NCBI GenBank assembly: GCA_046154695.1
Contig: JBJXFI010000413.1
Coordinates: 9,823 to 73,822 of the forward strand
DNA from: Blastocatellia bacterium
GTDB taxonomy: Bacteria > Acidobacteriota > Blastocatellia > RBC074
DNA length: 64,000 nt
Reading direction: 5' to 3'
Shown: positions 56,299-64,000 of the stretch, piece after piece
Layout: each line of letters begins with the position of its first letter
How positions within the stretch are numbered: the first letter of the stretch is position 1
Notes under the pieces: generated by a model
Databases searched by the model: none
The model's input: only the letters and a program-made list of their open reading frames with translations
What the model was told of the DNA's origin: nothing
Program-made: the position numbers and the translations under genes

Positions 56299-56322
56299 GG
56301 GCAGGCCCCCGTGCCTGCCCCG
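56299..56322 (+). terminator. short GC hairpin after asnB-like gene
   Basis: GGGGCAGGC-ccccgt-GCCTGCCCC. Confidence 0.4.
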
Positions 56323-56340
56323 GTTGTCGGTGGGGCTCTT

Positions 56341-58482
56341 ATGAAGCAAGTGACACAGAACGTTCGCACGGGCGTGCTGAAGGTGGACGAGGTGCCGGAG
56401 ACGATCTGCAAGCGCGGCGGGGTGCTCGTGGACAATGCCACGTCGCTGATCAGCGCGGGGACCGAGAAGATGGCGGTCGATTTCGCGCGGAAGTCGCTGG
56501 CGGGAAAGGCGCGGGAGCGGCCGGATCTGGTTCGCCAGGTGCTGCTGAAACTGAAGCGGGACGGGTTGACGAACACGATCAACACCGTGCGAGCGCGGCT
56601 GGAGTCGCCGTTGGCGCTTGGATACAGTTGCGCGGGTGTCGTGCGGGAGATCGGCGCGGGGGCGGAGGAGTTCCGCGTCGGGGATCGCGTGGCGTGCGCC
56701 GGGATGAATTACGCCTCGCATGCCGAGACGGTCTTCGTTCCGAAGAATCTGGCGGTGCGGATTCCGGAGGGCGTGAGCTTCGACGAGGGGGCCTTCGTCA
56801 CGCTGGGAGCGATCGCGCTGCAGGGCGTGCGAACGGCGGAGGTCAGGCTGGGCGATGCGGCGGCGGTGATCGGGCTGGGGCTGCTCGGCCAGTTGACGGC
56901 GCAGATTCTGAAGGCGGCCGGATGCCGCGTCATCGGAATCGACCTCGAGCAATCGAAGATCGACCTTGCCCGCGAGTTCGGCGCCGATGAGGCCGTGCTC
57001 CGCGGCGATGACGTCGAGCGGCGCATCGCGGCATTCACCGATGGGCACGGGGTCGATGCCATCATCGTCGCCGCGGCGGCCGACACCAATGATCCGATCG
57101 AGCTTGCGGGCGTCATCGCCCGCGATCGCGCGATCGTCTCGATGGTCGGCGCGGTGCGAATGGAGATCCCGCGAAAGATCTATTACGAAAAGGAGCTGCA
57201 GCTTCGCCTCTCGCGCTCGTACGGGCCGGGCCGGTACGATGCGATCTACGAAGAGCAGGGCGTCGATTACCCGATCGGGTATGTGCGCTGGACCGAGCGT
57301 AGAAATATGCAGGAGTTTCTGCGCCTGGTCGCGGCGCGCGCGGTGCGGCTCGCTCCGCTGATCACGCATCGCTTTCCGATCGAGGAAGCCGGGACGGCCT
57401 ACGAGATCATCACCGGCAAGCGGCGCGAGCCTTATATGGCCGTTTTGCTGCAATACGCCGCCGAGGCGCCCGGCTCGAAGGTCGTGGCGCTAAGCGCGCG
57501 CGCCGCGTCCGGAGAGATCCGGCTGGGCGTGATCGGCGCGGGAAATTTCGCGAAGAGCGTGCTGCTGCCCCGGCTCGCGAAATCGCGCGAGGTCCGGCTC
57601 GCCGGCATCGCGACCGCGACCGGAAGAAATGCCCGGGCCATCGGCGAGCAGTATGGATTCGGCTTCTGCACGACCGATTATCGGGAACTGCTCTCGCGCG
57701 AAGAGGTCAATACCATCCTCATCGCCACGCGCCACGACACGCACGCCCGTATGACGGCCGAGAGCCTGCGCGCGGGCAAGAACGTCTTCGTGGAGAAGCC
57801 GCTTGCCATCGACCAGGAAGGGTTGGAGGAGGTTCGGGCCGCCGTGAATGCCGCCGGAGAAACGGCGCCGCGCCTGATGGTCGGTTTCAACCGGCGGTTC
57901 TCGCCCCTCTCCAACGAGCTGAAGTCCTTTTTCGCCGGCGCCGGTCCGCTGGCCGTCACCTACCGCGTCAACGCCGGCGAGATCCCGAAAGAGAGCTGGG
58001 TTCATGCCGAGGAGGGCGGCGGGCGCATCGTCGGTGAAGTCTGCCACTTCGTCGATTACCTGCAATTCCTGACCGGGTCCGATCCTGTGGAGGTCTTCGC
58101 CCTCGCCGGCGCCTCGGGCGTCGATACGCTGAGCATTGTCCTCAAATTCAGCGACGGCTCGATCGGCGGCATCAACTACTTCGCGACCGGAGATCGAGGC
58201 TTTCCGAAAGAACGGGTTGAAGTTTACGGCGGCGGACGCGCCGCCGTTCTCGACGATTTTCGCTCGCTCGAAACGTGGCGCGACGGAAAACGGGCCGTCA
58301 CCCGCCGCGGTTCGCAGGAGAAGGGCTTCGATCAGGAGCTTGCCGCCTTCCTCACGGCGATCCGCTCCGGCCGGGAGATGCCCATCTCCTGGCAGAGCCT
58401 GTTTCTGACGACGGTGACGACGCTACGGATCGAGGAATCGCTGAGAAATGGTTGCCGGTTGCCGGTCGCCGGGTGTCAGTAA
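56341..58482 (+). CDS. bi-domain oxidoreductase (N-terminal zinc-type alcohol dehydrogenase/MDR domain fused to C-terminal Gfo/Idh/MocA NAD-binding oxidoreductase)
   Basis: MDR-like N-half (GxGxxG VIGLGLLG); C-half RLGVIGAGNFAKSVLLPRL Rossmann + Gfo/Idh/MocA C-domain; ATG 56341 (track GTG 56311 lies in the hairpin). Confidence 0.8.
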   Translation: MKQVTQNVRTGVLKVDEVPETICKRGGVLVDNATSLISAGTEKMAVDFARKSLAGKARERPDLVRQVLLKLKRDGLTNTINTVRARLESPLALGYSCAGVVREIGAGAEEFRVGDRVACAGMNYASHAETVFVPKNLAVRIPEGVSFDEGAFVTLGAIALQGVRTAEVRLGDAAAVIGLGLLGQLTAQILKAAGCRVIGIDLEQSKIDLAREFGADEAVLRGDDVERRIAAFTDGHGVDAIIVAAAADTNDPIELAGVIARDRAIVSMVGAVRMEIPRKIYYEKELQLRLSRSYGPGRYDAIYEEQGVDYPIGYVRWTERRNMQEFLRLVAARAVRLAPLITHRFPIEEAGTAYEIITGKRREPYMAVLLQYAAEAPGSKVVALSARAASGEIRLGVIGAGNFAKSVLLPRLAKSREVRLAGIATATGRNARAIGEQYGFGFCTTDYRELLSREEVNTILIATRHDTHARMTAESLRAGKNVFVEKPLAIDQEGLEEVRAAVNAAGETAPRLMVGFNRRFSPLSNELKSFFAGAGPLAVTYRVNAGEIPKESWVHAEEGGGRIVGEVCHFVDYLQFLTGSDPVEVFALAGASGVDTLSIVLKFSDGSIGGINYFATGDRGFPKERVEVYGGGRAAVLDDFRSLETWRDGKRAVTRRGSQEKGFDQELAAFLTAIRSGREMPISWQSLFLTTVTTLRIEESLRNGCRLPVAGCQ

Positions 58483-58512
58483 CCGGCAACCGGCGACCGG
58501 CTACCGCCAACC
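58446..58512 (+). terminator. hairpin of GGTTGCC heptamer repeats spanning the stop codon of the oxidoreductase
   Basis: GGTTGCCGGTTGCCGGTCGCCGG (coding) / CCGGCAACCGGCGACCGGC (post-stop). Confidence 0.5.
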
Positions 58513-58515
58513 GGA

Positions 58516-60279
58516 ATGCTGCTGCGATTACTCCGCACGATCAAGCCGCTCCGATGGGAGCAGATTGTCTACCGGCCGTTGCGCGTGGCGCAGTATCGGG
58601 CGTATCGGTATTTTCCATCGCTTGCCGGGGAGGCGCGTGAGGAGGCCGAGCTTTCGAGATCGCGAATCGATCTTTTTCGTAATGTGATTCACGAATCGTT
58701 CGCGCATCTGATGCCGCCGATGGAAGAGGTCGAGCCGGTGTTGGCGGACGTGCTGGCGAATCGCTTTACGTTCCTCAATCAGCCGCTCGAACTGGCCGAA
58801 GTCGATTGGAATCGCCGATACGAGAGCCATCTCTGGAATTATCAGCTTCACTATTTCAATTTCACGATGCCGTGCGCGCGGGCGGGTGGAAAACCCTGGC
58901 GCCGCTGCCGCGCGCGGATCGAGAGCTGGATCGAGACGGCGCGTCCGGGGCAAAGCGATGGATGGGACGCGTATCCGATCTCGCTGCGCGTTGTGAACTG
59001 GCTGTATGCGTTCGCGCTCGTCGAGGCCGCGGAGACGGATCGCGCGTTTCTCGATCGCTGGCGGGGGAGCATGCACCGCCAGCTTGCGTTTCTGCGCCGT
59101 CACCTGGAGTTTCATCTGCTGGCCAACCATCTGTTGAAGAATGTGAAGGCCCTGGTCGTGGGCGGGCTCGCCTTCGAGGAGCGCGAGTGGCTGGAGACCG
59201 GCGAGCGCCTGTTGTGGCGCGAGTTCGATGAACAGGTCCTCGCGGACGGCGGGCATTACGAACGAGCGCCGATGTATCACGCGCAGACGCTGGCCGATTT
59301 TCTCGAATGCGCCGCGCTGTTGCGCGCCTGTGGGCGCGTCGTTCCCCCGCGCGTCGAGGAAGGGCTGCCTCGCATGGCTTCGTTTCTTTCGGCAATGACG
59401 CACACGGACGGCTCGCTGGCGCTCTTCAATGACTCCGCAAACACGGCTGAAACGAGGCCCCGGCCCATTCTCGAAGCAGCCCGCCGAATCTGTGGCGCCT
59501 TCGAACCGGCAACCGAATTCCCACAAACCGGCTATTACGTCTGGGCTTCGCGGACCGAAGCGGAGAAGATCATTATCGATGCCGGGCCGCCGTCGATCGG
59601 CTATAACACCGCCCACGCGCATTGCGACCTGCTCAGCTACGAGATGTGGCTGGACGGGCGCCCGTTCATCGTGGATTCCGGGCTGCACGGCTATGGCGGC
59701 GATCCCTTTCGGGAATATTGCCGGTCGACGAGGGCGCACAACACGGTGCTCTTCGACGGCGTGGAACAGTCCGAGGTCTGGGGCACGTTTCGCATGGCGC
59801 GCCAGGCCCGACTGCTCGACGCGGATTGGCGCGCCGGCGACGACACCCTCGCATTTCGCGGCGCCTATCGCCGTCATGACGGCGCGGTCATTCACGAGCG
59901 CCGCATTCATCGCGCCGCCGACGGAGCATGGACCGTATTCGATCTCGCCCGCGAGGGCGCGGTGCGCGACGCCGTCAACTTCGTGCATCTGCATCCCTCG
60001 GTTTCCGCCCGAAAGATTAATGCGCGTCTCATCGAATGTCGGATTCGCTCGCGCATTGTATTTATCGAGCCGTTCGCGGATGATGGTATTGAAATCGACA
60101 TTGAATTAATCGCGGGAGGTCAGTCGCCGGTTCAGGGCTGGCACTGTCCGGAGTTTGGCGTGGCGCATCCCAGTCCGACCATCTGTCTTCACTTTGGAGT
60201 CGCGGAGGGAAAGGGATTCGGATACCGGCTCGTCTTTCGGGACGCGGATGCTGCGGAGCGCCCGATACCCCCAGAGTAA
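58516..60279 (+). CDS. heparinase II/III-like (alginate-lyase-fold) family protein
   Basis: Hepar_II_III-like segments (ISLRVVNWLYA; GYNTAHAHCDLLSYEMWLDGRPFIVDSGLHGYGG; HNTVLFDG). Confidence 0.8.
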   Translation: MLLRLLRTIKPLRWEQIVYRPLRVAQYRAYRYFPSLAGEAREEAELSRSRIDLFRNVIHESFAHLMPPMEEVEPVLADVLANRFTFLNQPLELAEVDWNRRYESHLWNYQLHYFNFTMPCARAGGKPWRRCRARIESWIETARPGQSDGWDAYPISLRVVNWLYAFALVEAAETDRAFLDRWRGSMHRQLAFLRRHLEFHLLANHLLKNVKALVVGGLAFEEREWLETGERLLWREFDEQVLADGGHYERAPMYHAQTLADFLECAALLRACGRVVPPRVEEGLPRMASFLSAMTHTDGSLALFNDSANTAETRPRPILEAARRICGAFEPATEFPQTGYYVWASRTEAEKIIIDAGPPSIGYNTAHAHCDLLSYEMWLDGRPFIVDSGLHGYGGDPFREYCRSTRAHNTVLFDGVEQSEVWGTFRMARQARLLDADWRAGDDTLAFRGAYRRHDGAVIHERRIHRAADGAWTVFDLAREGAVRDAVNFVHLHPSVSARKINARLIECRIRSRIVFIEPFADDGIEIDIELIAGGQSPVQGWHCPEFGVAHPSPTICLHFGVAEGKGFGYRLVFRDADAAERPIPPE

Positions 60280-61574
60280 TGATGCGAATAACATTTCTCT
60301 GCCAATATTTTCCACCGGAGATGGGCGCGCCGTCGGCGCGCACGTTCGAGCATGCCCGCCATTGGGCCCGGCTCGGGCATGAAGTCACGGTGATCACGGG
60401 ATTTCCGAATCACCCGACGGGCGTCATTCGCCCCGAGTATCGCGGGGAGATCGTCAAGCGGGAACGGGTCGGGAAGATCGATTTGCTGCGAACATGGGTC
60501 TATGTCACCGCCAATCGGGGATTCGTCAAGCGGATTTTGAATTTTCTTTCGTTCTTTGCCTCGTCGATTCTCTTCGGCGCGGTGATGACCCGGCGCCCCG
60601 ATGTCGTGGTGGGGACCTCGCCGCAGTTTTTCTGCGCGGTCGGGGCCTATGTGCTGAGCGTGCTGAAGCGCGCGCCGTTCGTCTTTGAGGTGCGCGATAT
60701 CTGGCCGCGGTCGGCCGTCGAACTGGAGGTGCTGCGGAACCCCTTCCTGATTCGCGCCCTCGAACGGATCGAGTTGTTTCTATACAACCGCGCCGCGCTT
60801 ATCGTTCCGGTGGCGGAATCGACGCGGGACTATCTGATCGCCCGGGGGATTCCCGCCGAGAAGATCCGCATCGTTCCCAACGGAATCGACGCGGAGTATC
60901 TGGAATCCGCGACCGTGACGGCCGGCGAGGTCCGCGCGCAATACGGATTGGAAGGGAAGTTTCTGATCTCGTACATCGGCACCCATGGCATCTCGCACGC
61001 GCTGGATATCGTCCTGGAGGCGGCGAAGCGATTGGCGGCGGCGCCCGACATCCATTTTCTGTTTGTCGGGGAGGGCGCGGAGAAGGAGAGCCTCAAACGG
61101 CTGGCGGCCGAGTCCCGGCTGGAGAACGTCACCTTCATCGATCAGCAGCCGCGGGAGCGGCTGCTCGGGTTTTATCGCGCGAGCGATGTCAGTCTGGTCC
61201 CGCTCAAGCGCCTGCCGATTTTCAGAAAGGTTCTTCCCTCAAAGCTCTTCGAGTTGATGGGCGCGGGGTGTCCGATCATCTGCGGCGTCGAGGGAGAGGC
61301 CGCGCGGCTCGTCGGCCGGGCCGAGTCGGGGCTCTGCATCGAGCCGGAGAATCCGGCGGAAATGGTCGAGGCGATTCTTCGATTGCGCGCGGATGGCGGT
61401 TTGCGCGGACAGTTGAGCGAGAACGGCCGCGCCTTCGTTCGAAAGAACTACCTGCGGTCCGCGCTGGCCGAGCGGTATCTGGAATCGCTCGGGACGATCC
61501 TTTCCGGCCGGCTCGCGATTCGCGGCGCCAATTCGCCGACCGCCGAGCATCGTCCGCCGGTGACCGACAACTAA
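60279..61574 (+). CDS. glycosyltransferase family 4, WcaI/WbuB-like
   Basis: N-terminus MMRITFLCQYFPPEMGAPSARTFEHARHWARLGHEVTVITGFPNHPTG typical of WbuB/WcaI-type GT4. Confidence 0.85.
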   Translation: MMRITFLCQYFPPEMGAPSARTFEHARHWARLGHEVTVITGFPNHPTGVIRPEYRGEIVKRERVGKIDLLRTWVYVTANRGFVKRILNFLSFFASSILFGAVMTRRPDVVVGTSPQFFCAVGAYVLSVLKRAPFVFEVRDIWPRSAVELEVLRNPFLIRALERIELFLYNRAALIVPVAESTRDYLIARGIPAEKIRIVPNGIDAEYLESATVTAGEVRAQYGLEGKFLISYIGTHGISHALDIVLEAAKRLAAAPDIHFLFVGEGAEKESLKRLAAESRLENVTFIDQQPRERLLGFYRASDVSLVPLKRLPIFRKVLPSKLFELMGAGCPIICGVEGEAARLVGRAESGLCIEPENPAEMVEAILRLRADGGLRGQLSENGRAFVRKNYLRSALAERYLESLGTILSGRLAIRGANSPTAEHRPPVTDN

Positions 61575-61581
61575 TGCAGTC

Positions 61582-63054
61582 ATGCTTACCTATGTCACCC
61601 TCTTCATTTTGTCGTCGTTCGCGGCCCTGCTGATCACGCCCTTCGTGCGGCGGAAGGCGATTGCGTGGGGAGCGGTCGCGATGCCGGATCAGGGCCGCCA
61701 CATTCATGCGACGCCGACGCCGCGCCTGGGCGGGGTCGCCATCTATGCTGCCTTTCTGGCGGCGCTGCTCTGTGTGCCTCTGTTCGGCAACATGGTCGGC
61801 GACATCTTCCGCGCCAATCTTCCCAAATTGCTCGCCCTGATCGGCCCGGCGACGCTCATCTTTCTTTTCGGCGTGTATGACGATTTCCGCAGCGCCTCGG
61901 CGCCGCTCAAGATCACCGTGCAGACGGCGGCGGCGAGCATTGTCTATGCCTGCGGGTATGGGATCGGCAATCTTTCCTCGCCCTTCGGCGGAGAGTGGCA
62001 TCTTCCGGCATGGCTCGGCTTCCTGTTGACCGTTCTCTGGATCGTCGGCATCACCAATGCGTTTAATCTGATCGATGGCGTCGATGGGCTGGCCGCGGGA
62101 GCCTCGGTCTTCGCGCTGCTCTCCATTCTGATCTTCTCCGTCGCGCAGGAGAATCCCGAAATCAGCCAGATCGCCGTCGTTCTGGTCGGCGCGGTCATCG
62201 GATTTCTGCGCTATAACTTCAATCCGGCGACGATCTTTCTGGGCGATTCGGGCAGCCTCTTCCTGGGATTTATGGCGGCGGTACTGTCGCTGGTCGGATC
62301 TCAGAAAGGATCGACGATCGTGGCGATCGCGATTCCGCTGGTCTCTTTCGGGCTGCCGGTGATCGAGGCGGGATTGTCGATTTTGCGGCGGTTTCTCAGC
62401 GGGCAGCCGCTGCTGGCGGGGGATCGGGGCCACATTCATCACCGGCTGCTCGAACGCGGATTGTCGCAGCGGCAGGTGGCGATTCTGCTTTACGGCGTAT
62501 GCGGGCTCTTCTCGCTCTTCGGATTGATGCTGTTGAATCCGGCGCGCAATCTCGCGGCCCTGATCTTCTTCGTTCTCGGTGTGGGGATCCTCTTCGGCGT
62601 GCAGCATCTGCGGTATGCCGAATTCAGCGAACTGGGAAGCCAGATCAAACAGGGCGTCAACCGCCGCCGCCGCTCGCTGGCGGTCAATGTCCGCGTTCGG
62701 CGGACGAGCGATGATCTCGGCAATGCAAAATCACTCGATCAGCTCTTCACCCTGCTCGATGAGCTGCTCTCAACCAACGAATTCGATTACGTCGAACTCG
62801 AGGTCGATGATCTGGTCTGGGACTGGGGGGCCCGCCCATTCGACTCCAGCGGCCGGGAGCAGTTCTGGGCGCTCCGCGTCCCGCTCACCGCGGAAGATGG
62901 CCGCGCGGTCGGCGCCATCAGCTTTCACCGCGCGATCTCCAGCGAGATTCCCGCGATCGATATCGCCCATCTCTGCGGCAGCCTCCAGCGCGAATTGAGC
63001 GCCGCCCTCGTCCGCCTCCTCGATGAAGAGAAGGTGGCCGGCCCCCGCGCCTGA
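61582..63054 (+). CDS. polyprenyl-phosphate N-acetylhexosamine-1-phosphate transferase (WecA/MraY superfamily priming GT) with about 150-aa extra C-terminal cytoplasmic domain
   Basis: 11 TM; VYDDFR and NAFNLIDGVDGLAAG MraY/WecA catalytic motifs; soluble C-terminal tail after residue about 340. Confidence 0.85.
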   Translation: MLTYVTLFILSSFAALLITPFVRRKAIAWGAVAMPDQGRHIHATPTPRLGGVAIYAAFLAALLCVPLFGNMVGDIFRANLPKLLALIGPATLIFLFGVYDDFRSASAPLKITVQTAAASIVYACGYGIGNLSSPFGGEWHLPAWLGFLLTVLWIVGITNAFNLIDGVDGLAAGASVFALLSILIFSVAQENPEISQIAVVLVGAVIGFLRYNFNPATIFLGDSGSLFLGFMAAVLSLVGSQKGSTIVAIAIPLVSFGLPVIEAGLSILRRFLSGQPLLAGDRGHIHHRLLERGLSQRQVAILLYGVCGLFSLFGLMLLNPARNLAALIFFVLGVGILFGVQHLRYAEFSELGSQIKQGVNRRRRSLAVNVRVRRTSDDLGNAKSLDQLFTLLDELLSTNEFDYVELEVDDLVWDWGARPFDSSGREQFWALRVPLTAEDGRAVGAISFHRAISSEIPAIDIAHLCGSLQRELSAALVRLLDEEKVAGPRA

Positions 63055-63069
63055 CCCCGCCTTCCCGCC

Positions 63070-63489
63070 CTATCGATGCATCGGAATGAAATCCGGATCA
63101 TCCTGATGTTCCCGCTCCCACACCAGAAAGTCGTAATACCCGCACTGGTTCTCTTCGGGGTACTGGCGGCAGATCGCCGGGCGGTGCTCATAGATCGTGC
63201 ATTGCCGCCTCTCCGGGTGCAGAAATTGGCACGCGCTCTTGAAGACGGTATCCTTGCGGTGCCGCAGCACATCGCGCTTATAGCTCTTGATGTGCTTCGT
63301 GAACTTCTTCCTCGCCTGTTCGAAGTTCAACCCGAAGCGCTTGCCCAGCCGCCTGATGTCCACTTTTGTCACGGGAATCCAGTCGTACGTGCAGCAGTAC
63401 GCCGGGCATTTCGTGCAGTCATATTTCAATTTGGATTTCTTCCCCGCGCCGTTGGCGGATTGCAGCACCGGGAGTTCTTTAGTTGCCAT
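63070..63489 (-). CDS. YkgJ-family cysteine-cluster protein (putative Zn/Fe-binding, UPF0153)
   Basis: CTKCPAYCC ... C ... C ... CRQYP cysteine pattern; 139 aa. Confidence 0.65.
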   Translation of the reverse strand: MATKELPVLQSANGAGKKSKLKYDCTKCPAYCCTYDWIPVTKVDIRRLGKRFGLNFEQARKKFTKHIKSYKRDVLRHRKDTVFKSACQFLHPERRQCTIYEHRPAICRQYPEENQCGYYDFLVWEREHQDDPDFIPMHR

Positions 63490-63660
63490 AGAATCCGATC
63501 GACCTTCGTGAAGTTAACATGCGAGTGATTCTTATCATTATCGTAGATTGACGGCAACACCGGCTCGGAAAAAATGTCCGAGTGATAAAGAGACGCAGGA
63601 GACCCCATAGCTGACAAGCAGACAGGCCGCGGGTACAATCGGCCGAGATTTCAGAGCGGC

Positions 63661-64000
63661 GGGAAACTCCAAACAATTTCCGAGAAGCCGTCATGTCGCG
63701 TGACGACGCCCGGAGACAATGAAAAGCATGGTGGCACAAGCTGTCCAGCTTGTGCCGAGTGTGTGTGTGGGCGTGAAGAGTGCGTCGCGTCGCGCGGCGG
63801 AAGGGGTCTCGTTCGAGGCCCGGTCTTTTTCCGGGAGTGTCTGGTGGATGCGGCACAAGCTGGACAGCTTGTGCCACATTTTCCAAAGCATGGTGGCACA
63901 AGCTGTCCAGCTTGTGCTGAGTGTGTGTGTGGGCGTGAAGAGTGCGTCGCGTCGCGCGGCGGAAGGGGTCTCGTTCGAGGCCCGGTCTTTTTCCGGGAGT
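63661..64000. repeat. R-family half arm followed by two tandem units (about 162 bp each) of the composite palindromic P-family repeat, running off the window end
   Basis: GGGAAACTCCAAAC...CATGGTGGCACAAGCTGTCCAGCTTGTGCC...GGCACAAGCTGGACAGCTTGTGCCAC repeated at 63727 and 63889; the 92-nt segment GAGTGTGTGTGTGGGCGTGAAGAGTGCGTCGCG...GTCTTTTTCCGGGAGT (63757-63848 = 63919-64000) is repeated exactly. Confidence 0.85.

Noticed and set aside
63661-64000. Possible CRISPR array (palindromic direct repeats at regular spacing)
   Set aside because: Only two units are present. The segments between the palindromes are identical rather than unique spacers, the palindrome pairs are inverted relative to each other, and no cas genes are nearby.

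Overview
This is a high-GC (~65%) bacterial chromosomal segment with dense, mostly co-directional genes. Gene content (several Ser/Thr kinase-TPR and TPR proteins, type III glutamine synthetase, large EPS locus) suggests an Acidobacteriota-like organism, but that is inference only.

Positions 1-34.6 kb hold housekeeping and metabolic genes:
- A GAF/sigma-54 activator sits next to type-III glutamine synthetase glnN, and each gene has a near-identical sigma-54 (-24/-12) promoter.
- Two tandem FtsX/MacB-type permeases are followed by a TlpA-like redoxin, a zinc-ribbon protein and an STK-TPR kinase.
- The remainder is a dcyD-like PLP enzyme with a hotdog protein, fbaB, a B12-radical-SAM gene, holB, a UvrD/PcrA helicase, rimO, pgpA, cinA, plsY, gpsA, smpB, pepA and a divergent Wzy-like/TPR pair.

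Positions 34.9-63.1 kb form one large exopolysaccharide/capsule locus:
- Export and polymerisation genes are Wza, Wzc tyrosine autokinase, Wzm/Wzt ABC exporter with a Wzt C-terminal carbohydrate-binding domain, and Wzy.
- It carries about 12 glycosyltransferases: seven GT2, four GT4 and one WecA-type priming transferase with an extra C-terminal domain.
- A sugar-modification module comprises an AsnB-like amidotransferase, an ADH/Gfo bi-domain oxidoreductase and a heparinase II/III-like protein.
- An unknown 529-aa secreted protein is embedded among the glycosyltransferases.

The non-coding DNA is unusually structured:
- A nested-palindrome REP-like family (GGAGTTCCGCCTTCAGGCGG...) has 5 full and 2 partial copies, all abutting start or stop codons.
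- A composite element is built on the 24-bp palindrome GGCACAAGCTGTCCAGCTTGTGCC and is tandemly duplicated at the window end.
- A second inverted-repeat family (GGAAATAACGGAACAAACG) is present.
- More than 8 unique, very long hairpins are each built from tandem 7-14 bp direct repeats.

No rRNA, tRNA, CRISPR array, transposase, integrase or recognisable defence system was found. The track's long antisense ORFs and small ORFs across the repeats are spurious.
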